Shown here piece by piece: positions 36,852 through 46,600 of a stretch of 64,000 nucleotides of DNA. Source of the stretch: Vitrella brassicaformis CCMP3155 (Eukaryota; Protista; Chromerida); assembly GCA_001179505.1 (NCBI GenBank), contig CDMY01000040.1:124001-188000 (forward strand), read 5' to 3'. Under the pieces are notes generated by a model. It saw only the letters and a list, made by a program, of their open reading frames with translations. It was not told where the DNA came from and did not search any database. How positions within the stretch are numbered: position 1 is the stretch's first letter; every line of letters starts with the position of its first letter. The position numbers were made by a program, and so were the translations under genes.

Positions 36852-37872
36852 ATGATGGTCCGTCTGATTGGGCTGCTGGTCCTCCTCGCCCTCGCCGGGG
36901 TCGCCCACTGCCACATCCGCAAACTTGCCCCTGAAGGTATTTCCCCGAATGCACATGGCGTCTGCATCGCACCTTGCACTCTTCTTGTCTGGGTCTTTCT
37001 TCGTCACGCAAGGTCATCACGGGACCTCCACGACCACCGCCGCTCCGGCACCCAGCAACGACCCAGACGCCACGACCACCGCCGCTCCGACACCCAGCAT
37101 CGACCCAGACGCCACCACCAAGAGCGACGGCATGTACGACGGTGAGGAGAATTAAGACCAGCTGTGGTGCGGTGTTTTGATTGCTCTGTCGTTTGCTTGT
37201 CTTGCCGCTTCCTTTTTGATGCAGGCTACGATGACCTGGTTGACCTGTCTCCGCACGATTCGCCGGACGAGGGCGACAATGCGCCTGCTCTGAACGCAAC
37301 GCAAGAAAGTATGTCCACACACAAACGACGAGGTGTGCATCCTTTCGTAACTGTACTAAATGTGTACTTTCGCGTGCAAATCAGTCTGGCGCGGCTGCCG
37401 GGCCCGCTATGTTGTTCGAGATCGTAAGCTCGATGACGATGTCACATCAGAAACTACGCACGTGTCGACTGATTCCTTCTTTTCTGCCTTTTGTGTGCGA
37501 TGTGCAGTTTCGGACAGTGGCCTCGACGTCCTGAGTATCGGTCACTTCAGTGCCAGAGGAGAGTGTCGCCGTTTCGTTAAGAACCGTTGTCGCGAGCGAG
37601 CGCGCGCCGCTGCCCACGAGTGCATGAAAGACGCCTGGAATTTTGCTCCCAGTCGGAACCCACCCACATCGTGCAGGCGTACGTGGGGAAACAAGAGAGT
37701 GAACGACTACCAAGCCTCCTCTCCCCTGAAGACATGGATACAGCGGGAGGCCTGTGCAGAATGGCGTCCGTGCCAACCCAAGCGTGCCAGGGTCGCGGTA
37801 CAAGCCGTAACGACAGGCGACTCTGGCTGCGGGAGCACAAGGGAGCTCGGGACGATGGACGTCCGCTGCTGA
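36852..37872 (+). CDS. Secreted protein: signal peptide, Thr/Pro repeat stalk, Cys-rich domain
   Basis: MMVRLIGLLVLLALAGVAHC; 2 x 42-bp repeat encoding TTTAAPxPSxDPDA (~37029-37116); Cys-rich exons GCRARY, SARGECRRFVKNRCRERARAAAHECMKDAW, ...MDVRC-TGA. Confidence 0.75.
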
Positions 37873-38805
37873 CCAGAGATAGACACAGAGGGGCTGGTGA
37901 TTGAGATCGAAAAAGATGAGGGGAGGGTGAGAGGGAGGAAAGGCGGGCATTCAATAGAGGGAGGCAGGCATGCCATCTGTTCATACCCACCTCTTTCTTT
38001 CTCCCCACCCACCTTTTTCTTTCTGTGGGCTCACTCTGGCCGACCACGGACACACACGATGGGTGCGCGGGTTTAGCCGAGAGGCGACCAGCAAGTATTT
38101 TATGGGTGGGTGGATTCATGTTTCTGGCAACTGTTGGTTGGTGTGCGCATACCCGTGGGCGGTGTCCAACACATGCGAATTGGGCATGTGTGGGTCTTCA
38201 CTCACGCAGGCTGACCTCTGACGGCTTTACTTATCGTGGTACGGGGTGGGAATTAGGGGGAGGGACTTGCCTTGATGCACAATTGTTGCAGCCACAGACG
38301 TGCTGATTCCTTCTACTTGTGGGCGGTGCATGACACACACGTGTTGACCAGAATCCACTGGTCTGTCTGCTGCTTGATCCATGTGCACCATGTGTTGTCA
38401 TGTGCCGTGAGGTCGTGCATGTGCCGCGTGGCTGCGTGGGGGCTGTCTGCCGGTCAGTTATGCTCGAATTGGGAGCGACGGCCGATCGACTGGCTTCCTC
38501 GCCCACGTGCACACGCATGAGGTGTATGAGGGTGCGTGAAGCCATCGTTGGGGAGGACAGAGGGAAACATTGGGGATACATGGGAATGAGAGCACTGAAA
38601 CAACTCCATCGTTCACAACACCGAATCAAATTTGACCAACAAGAACGAAAGAACGAGCCACAGGCTTCAGGTAGATGCATGCACGGACGGCGAAGTTCGT
38701 CTGTTCTCATAGACCAGGCGGCTAACTGATCCTCCATGCATAACAGGCAGGACACACAGCGAAATACGAGCCCATTTGTCTGTCTGCCTCTCTGTCGGAG
38801 ACCAC

Positions 38806-39710
38806 TCAAACGTTCTCAAGCACGATTCGCGATATGTCGCTCTTGTCACCCTGTTGGCACATCATGACGATGCTGGCGGCCACGTCGTCGGCTGTCAGAA
38901 ATTTCGATATGTCCTTGGCGCCCGGCTCCCAGCCACCCCTTGCCCTATCCTCCCACCAAGGAGTCGCCACACCTACCCGCACAAACATATGTGCAGATTA
39001 GTCCTCCCCCTCCCCCTCACCCTCCCTTGTTTGTGTGTACCTGCTGGGTTGACTGTACCGATTTTGACGCCACTCCCCTTCAATTCGCACCTGGCGCTCG
39101 CGACCAGCCCCTCCACGGCATACTTGCTTGCACAATAAATGGCGCCCGTCGGCCCAGCCCGGATGCCCTTGACTGATGATGTAACGACAATCTGTCCGTG
39201 ACCTTGCCGCCTCATGACTGGCATCAGCCGCACCAGAAAGAGATACACGCCCCTCACGTTAGTCCGCAGCACCTCGTCCAGCTCGGCCACAGTCGTGTCG
39301 ACAAGAGCACCCGTCCCTCGCCCAATTCCCGCGTTGAGGATGGCCGCATGGATAGTCTGCGAGTGCGACAGGCATTCCCGCATGAGCCGCTCGCAGTCGG
39401 CCTCGGCGGCAACGTCGCCGGATGACTCGTGTACGTGGAAGGGAGGCCGAGAGTCGCCGTGCGGCTCCTCCTGATGGATGGCGCGGCACGCATCAGCCAC
39501 TCTCTTCAGGTTTGCCTCATTCCGGCCAGTCAGGAAGAGGCTATATCCCTCTCTCGCCAGCAGCTTCGCCGTGGCCTCCCCGATGCCGCTGCTCGCACCT
39601 GCATGCATGAAAACACACACACTCAGTGACACACAGTGAGATCTCAGGTGGACCCTTGCTGTGTAATGCAACGCAGGCGGCACCGCACCTGTGATGAGCG
39701 CATACTTCAT
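38806..39710 (-). CDS. Classical short-chain dehydrogenase/reductase (SDR)
   Basis: MKYALITG/ASSGIG (TGxxxGxG, intron 39688-39599), NAG, TNVRG, VTSS, YCASK (YxxxK), NP; last exon ...DDVAASIVMMCQQ...RIVLENV-TGA. Confidence 0.95.
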
Positions 39711-39776
39711 CGCTTTTCTTTCCTGACACGAAGCAGAGAGAGCTCACACACATGCGTGGGAGAGCGAGGGTCAGAC
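39523..39776. repeat. Direct repeat copy 1 (254 bp; SDR upstream region, exon 1, intron 1, start of exon 2)
   Basis: Matches 43095-43348 except one visible substitution (gacacacagtg vs gacacgcagtg). Confidence 0.97.
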
Positions 39777-39922
39777 TTCCCTGTCACTCCTTCGCGGCTC
39801 GCGTGTTTGGTGAGTGTTCTCCCCCATGAAAAGAGGCACCCAACATGCAGCACAGATACGCAGCATGCAGCACTCGCGCCATCCCCCTGCCGCCTTTCTC
39901 CTGCCGCGGTCGGTGGATCTCC

Positions 39923-42168
39923 ATGGCTGCTCTGGTATGCCTTGCTGCCCTCGTGGTGGATCTCTGGATGCGTTGCGCCGCCAAGACGACCTCATTCATG
40001 CATCTGATGCCATCGGATGGGAGAGCGAGAACGCCATCAGTGTTGCGAGCAGCGCAGAGGGCCAGGCGACTTCCAGCTGCCCTCGTGAGCCGAGAAGGCG
40101 CGCAGGCGGACGACAGAGGTGCGTGGCGTGGCGACAAGCAGACAGGCAGGGAGGGAGGCAGGCAGGCAGTCAGGGACAGTCAGGGACAGTCAGGGACAGG
40201 CAGGCAGGCACAGGCAGGCAGCCATGCATGCGTGTGCGTGTGACTGCCTGCCTCTGTGTGTTTTTGCTGCATGATGCAGGTGGATTCCCATTGACAATCA
40301 CAGCTGACGACCTCATCCCTGTCAACCAGCTCATCGACCCATCGGCACTGCGTGAGACAAACCGACTCGTGGTGCTCAGCGGAGACGGACAACGACGAGA
40401 GCCTGCCAAGTACATCGGCCAAAATGTAATCGGCGTTACGGCGACCCCTGCTAGCATCACTGCCCTCCTCAAGGCGAGGGACAGCGGCCCTTTCAGGGTT
40501 GGGCCCACGGTCGTCACACGCTTCTCACGCGGAGGAAAGACACGAATGCTCAAGGAAATCGCCAAGCAGCTGCGAGCGGCGAAGATTCCGGTGCTGCCGA
40601 TCACCTTCAACGACGAAACGTCACTTGACCCAAAAGAGAGCAGTAGCAGGACACTCATCGAGTCGATTCTCCTGCGGATCGGGTGGTCGGCGGCCAAGAA
40701 CGAGACAATTGAGGCAGTGGGGAAAGAGCTCGGCAAGGAGGTTGTCAACTTCGGTGTGTGGGTCGGGGCCGTCAGCGTCACCGAGGAAGTCATCCTGCAG
40801 TGGCTTGGCGACAGGCCCTGTGTTCTGATGATCGATGAGTTGAATCAGCTGCTGAAGAAGAAGACCCCGTATGTCGAAGGATCGCCCGAGGCGATAGTCG
40901 CAGCATATCTCAAGACCAACTGGCTCGGTCAGCCGGATCGCTTTCTGGTCTTCTCCAGCCATGTGCTGACGACCTCGACGAATCTGCAGGGGTTCTGGGT
41001 CGCGGGCTTGGGCGATCGCCCCATGCAACAGCTGCGAATGCCGCTGATCGAGAACGTCGCCGAGGCGAGAGAGGTCATCAGCGATGCTGCCGACGAAGGC
41101 CAGATGTGCTGGGTTGGACGGGCTCCTGGCTTGCTCATGGACCTCTATCATCGAGACCCTCGCAACGCTGATCCGGCCAATGTCCTGCGGAAGGCCAAGA
41201 TGATGCCTTCCGGTGCCGATGCGCCATCCGCCGTTGGTGTCATCAAGATGGCTCTCGACGGCAACACCATGTGGGCTCAGACTATTCCCGACTGGCAGAG
41301 GTGGATGGACATCTATGGAGACAACTGTGTTTGGCCACCTTGCTATTTGGGCGCTGCCTGCACCAAGGTGGCCAACAGCCCGGCGGTCGAGGAAAAGTTT
41401 GGCGGGGCCTTCTGCAGCGGGTTGAGGGCCATCGAGAATTTCCTGGACAACCTGCACACACAGCCGCGAGAGTCTGGCAAGCGATGGGAGGGCGTTGCGG
41501 CGGCAGGGGTCCTCCTGCGGTTGCTCGAGAGCCACATCAGCTACACCACTCAAGGCAAATATCCGATCGGCTTGACACCAGAAGCACAAGCGCTCCTGCC
41601 CCCTGATGTTGTGAGGGGATGCAGCTTTGGGGACTATGTGCTGGCCGTGTCGCACCCGGATCGCGAGATCAGGACGCTTCGGCAGCTCATTGACTACTTC
41701 AACGACAGCAACAGCCCCATCCGCAGGGTGGACAAAGGTGTCGCGGCATTCTTCGTGTTGCCCACCCATCTGCAGTTTGAAGGCCACGACTTCTACATCT
41801 TCATCACTGTCGACGGGCAGCTGACTGAGGTCCGGGGATACCAATGCAAGCAAGGATTCGCGAAGAAGCCAACCCCAGCCAGTCTCGAGAAGATTGCCCG
41901 TGCATTTCGCGACGCCTTCGGTCCTGGCGGGGGCAAACCGGGCGGTGGGAAGGAGCCAGCCCTCGACGGCCTGCGCACGACTCCATTGTGCAGGACAGTG
42001 TGGTTTACGGGGGATTCAGGCGGAGGCGAGGACGAGCGGAATCGCAAAGACGAATACGACCTGACGGACAGTGAGGGTGTCCCGGTACGTTGGCCTTCAC
42101 AGGCCACAATGAGCTGCCTGGTAGGGTTCTCGCTGGCATTGACCTGTCCCTTTGAGTGGTTGGCGTAG
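39923..42168 (+). CDS. Crinkler (CR)-like P-loop NTPase + PD-(D/E)xK nuclease with an N-terminal signal/bipartite-like leader, 2 exons, ~694 aa
   Basis: Exon 1 39923-40118 MAALVCLAALVVDLWMRCAAKTTSFMHL...; phase-1 intron 40119-40279; uninterrupted exon 2 to TAG 42168. Variant Walker A TRFSRGGKT, Walker B LMIDELN, C-terminal FEGHDFYIF...RGYQCKQG (D...QxK). Confidence 0.7.
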
Positions 42169-43094
42169 AGCGTGCAGGATGGAAGAGTTTTAGTTAGACA
42201 TTTCGCTCTTTTTCGCCTTGCTGGACTATTGCTGGACTATTGCTGGGGCAGCTATCGTTTTCTTGCTACGAGCTTTCGGAGGACTTGATTGATGCCAGTG
42301 AATAAATCGAATCACCTTGAGACAAACACAGACAAGCGGGCCGCTTGACAAAGTGACACAAACGCTGACCACGACAGCAGTCAACAAATAAAGGCTCAAC
42401 ACAGCGTACATCCATGCACATACGTGGCCGCACACGTGAGGGACAGACAAGGAGTCCCGCCCGCCACACCTCCTCCATGCACTACCAACGCCTCCTACCC
42501 GCCACAGCAGGCGTCCCTTCCACACAGACAGCACTAACAGGCCGCCGGGCCTCCATCAAGCGCTCAGATCACAGACACGCCACACGCACACACGGCAACC
42601 AGCCACCCAACGCAGCAGCAGCAGCAGCAGCAGCAGCAGCTTAGCCAACAGAGGGGGAGGGAATGGGGGAGGGGGCGGCGATGAGGGCAGCGAGCTGACA
42701 TATGGCCACCGTCACGACCCAGGTCACGAACACAGGAAAGAGGTTGTATACAAATAGGCACCCTTGAGCACCATCGCATACACGACCGCAGCCACGCCGG
42801 CGCCAACAGCCACAGCCACCTGGCCGCCCCCGAGCTTGTCCATGGCCCCCTCGAAGACACGCTGCCGAACCAGCACGTAAAAGCATATCATACAAACGGA
42901 GAAGGGGTAGAAGGATGCTGGCGGGGGCGGCACCGAGAAAGATGTGAAACCCGAGACCCATCAGCATGCCGATTTCTCGAGAGAGCGCTCGAACCAGAAG
43001 CACGCCGAGATGGCCGTCTCGCCAACAAGAGCGCCCCAATCTGCGTGGCGCAGCAAGAACACATGCAGTCTCTTCATCTGTTCCTGACTGGTCG

Positions 43095-43348
43095 CGGCCA
43101 GTCAGGAAGAGGCTATATCCCTCTCTCGCCAGCAGCTTCGCCGTGGCCTCCCCGATGCCGCTGCTCGCACCTGCATGCATGAAAACACACACACTCAGTG
43201 ACACGCAGTGAGATCTCAGGTGGACCCTTGCTGTGTAATGCAACGCAGGCGGCACCGCACCTGTGATGAGCGCATACTTCATCGCTTTTCTTTCCTGACA
43301 CGAAGCAGAGAGAGCTCACACACATGCGTGGGAGAGCGAGGGTCAGAC
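43095..43348 (-). pseudogene. Direct repeat copy 2: truncated SDR 5' end, frame running into unrelated sequence
   Basis: Same 254 bp as 39523-39776. Translation diverges after LFLTGR into DQSGTDEETA. Confidence 0.9.
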
Positions 43349-43615
43349 CTGCAAGGCAATCTTCTCATGACTCAGATCTGCGTCAGTTCAAGATGATGCG
43401 ACAGCTCCGGATCTGTCCCAACATGAAAACACGCACCCAAACATGCAACACAGACAGCAGCGGGGCAGCTGCGTCGGGGCTTCAGGGGCCGAACTGCGAG
43501 CTAACGTAAAAGGGTTAAACCTTTACCCTAGGCGCACAATACCGAGCGCATCAGACGTCTGATCTCCGACTTACTTACGGCGTCAGTGGCTTTCCTCTGC
43601 TCGTCCAACAGCATC

Positions 43616-46600
43616 ATGCGAGAAGCATCAGCAGCAGAGGGCAGTTTGGAGCAGAGGACGGCACGAATAGAGCGCCACGTTCAGGAACTCAGGCAGCAGT
43701 GCCAGCAGCTGCAGCATGACGTCGTGCAGGCGAGGGAAGACTCATTCAACGTCCTCACCGATGCGCGCAGACCCGCCCCAGCCCTTATTCCATCCAATGG
43801 CGGCCGAGTGGACTTCGAAAAGTACCTGCGGACACTGCTGGAGAGCAGCCAGAGGCAAACAGGACAGCTTCAGACATCGCAGCCGTCATCGGGAGTGGGA
43901 GTTCTGAGTGGCGCAGCGACCAACCCTTATGAGCCCCTTCCGCCCAGCACACACGCTGCCCACGCGGCTTCCGCTTCCGTGGCTGTGACTGGGTCTATCC
44001 GCGTGGCGCCATGTCCCCCTTCCCAGCGCATTGTCCGTGATGCGTATACCCAGACCCCTCCCCTCTCACCTCGCCCTGCCCCTCGACCACATGCGCCGGC
44101 TGCGCATGCTCGTCCGTCCTCCTCTCCCCAGAGCGACACCGAGGCCGTCTCCTCATCGCAGGTCGGTCGGGAGAGGCCGTCCATGCCCCTGCTGCCCCCC
44201 AAGCGCACCTCCCCCCCTCGGCCGGCCTCTCCGCCCGCCCCCGCATCCAAGAAGAAGGGCGGTGGCGGCATGTATGCCGCCCAGTACGGGCTCAAGGACC
44301 ACGTGAGTACCGGTGCAGCGTTTGGGAGGAGCCAGGGGGCGGAGGCGCTGCGTGTCATGGGGAGAAACGTGTCACCGGGGAGGCCTCCTGCGAGCACCGC
44401 AGGGGCGCTCAGACCCGCTGCTGTTGAGGTGCCGTCGACCGTTGCTTCCATCCCATGTCAGCCGGCGGAAGTTAAACGAGACCAAGGGGCGAGTACAGAG
44501 GGGCAGCAGGGAGGGCCGGGCGTGTTGGTGCCAGAGATAATAGTGGCTGCCCCAGCCGCCGTTATCGACCAGGTAGAGCAACACCCCCACCGCGAGCAAG
44601 AAGCGCAAGATCCCCGCGTGACGGCTCAGCCAATCGACGCGTCTGCTGAGCCAATCCCTGAAATCGTCCACGCGCCGATTGCTGCTGATGCGACCGTCGA
44701 GAGACCGTCAGCCGATGCTGGGGCACAGCAGGGCGGCGCCGGCAAGCAGCCAGTGGTAGATGAGGGGACGCGGGGAGGCGTCGACACGGCCGATGTTGGT
44801 GCTAGTGTTAGTGTTAGTGTTGGTGGCGATGGTAGCGAGCTGGTGGATCTTGGAGGTTTGGGCACCCGTCATCTGGCGTCGGGTGGACTGGAGAAGGAGA
44901 GGGCCATCGGACCTCTGCACTTGGAGAGAATGAAACAGGTGGGGAGTGACACAGACGTCCGCACATTAGTGCTTTGTCTCGCCTTTGTGTATGCCTGCCT
45001 GCCTGGCTGCCTCCCTGCATGCCTGCATGCTATGTCAGGTGTTCCATCGCATTGACTTCAACGGGGAGGATTCGGTGCTGCCGTATGTCTTCACGTCAGC
45101 ACTGCGCGCCGGTGAGGGACGGAAGAACGATGCCGAATAGATGGATGGACGTTGACGCACCCCACCTTCTGTGTGTCCTTTTCAGACCCTGACATGGCGC
45201 AGTGGGGCTCCCTAGACGTGATATCGGAGCACCGCGATCACAAGACCACTTTCGAACAGGTACGGAAGGCATCCATAATGCTATCGTGCGTCGGTATGCA
45301 CACCTGATCCGTTCCCTGTTCCCATCAGGCACTGCGGTATGTCGATGCCCTCAATCTGCCTCGTCTGTCATGGGCATCGTTCACAGCCAACCTCACCCAG
45401 GCAGCCGTCGACTCACCTCTACCAGCCACGTCGCAGGCCATGCATCCGCCAGCTGGCGATTCCCGCGAACCCCCGCCCCATTTCGGCGTCGAGGACGGCA
45501 CCCATGGAGAGGAGAAGGCGACCCCTGTGAATGATGGGGCGGCGCTGCCCCCCCTGCCATTCGACAGTGACAAGAACCCACAACTCGCCATCCGATGGAT
45601 GGAGCAGAACCTAGGTGAGCCGCGGAGGGAGGGAAGCGCGAGGAACAAGACACGCAGGCGGGAGAATGTCCTCTATACTTTGGGTGCAGGCGTGGATGGG
45701 TCGACGCTGCACCGTCTGTTCGACGTGTTCAAGCACCTGAGGGTGCCCCCCGAGTCGTCGTGCATCAAGACGGAGCGGTTTTTGCGCAGCCTGGACCTCA
45801 ACACCAAGCTGCGGGCGCAGCTGTTCCTCAAGCCCATCTTCATGCCGGGTCGTGACCTGGGTCCCCAGCCAGAGGCGAGGGGGCAGCGGGGGCTGTGGCC
45901 GGACAGGGAAGGCCCCGTGTGGGCGGAACTCATACCCGCCATCAACCGCATGGACAAACAGGTCCGTCAAGAGCGCGCAAAAGAGAAGAAAATGGAACGA
46001 AAAACGTGTCTGCATGTTGGTTTTCCTGCCGTCCATCAGGACCTGTATTGGTCAGACATCATCCACATCGTGCGGACCAAGAAGGCCGACCCCCGCCCAG
46101 ATGTCCACCGCCCCTTGCCCCAATCACCGCCCCCACCCCCACCAGCACCGGAAGAGCAGGCGGCGTCGCCCTTGTCTTTCGTGCAGGAGATCGCCTCAAA
46201 GATCGAGGGCGCGTTTGACATGGTGGCCCAATCGGTGCCCCCGCCCCCAGAGCTGCCCACTCGCAATGCCATCACCGACGTCCCCGCTCGGGTATCCGAC
46301 AGAGGGCAGCCGCAGACACGGCCATCGGCTGCCGGCCGTCCGCTTTCCGCCGACGTGTCGCCATCCAAGACACTGGAGTTCACCGTGGAGCTCGGTACAG
46401 ACTTCCAGTCGTTCATGAGCGGCCACGACATGAACGAGTGGCGTCTTCGGCTCCACCTGGCGGACTTTCTCGGCGTCTCGCCGACTCTCGTCCACTGCCA
46501 GGGGGTCACTGCGGGCGCCGGAGAGGTCTTCGCCGCGGCGGCGTCGCCATCGACCCTCATGACCTTCACCGTCCACCCAGAAGCGCACCTGGACCGGCAC

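Noticed and set aside
40621-41853. 410-aa minus-strand ORF
   Set aside because: Antisense shadow of the NTPase-nuclease exon; no motifs.
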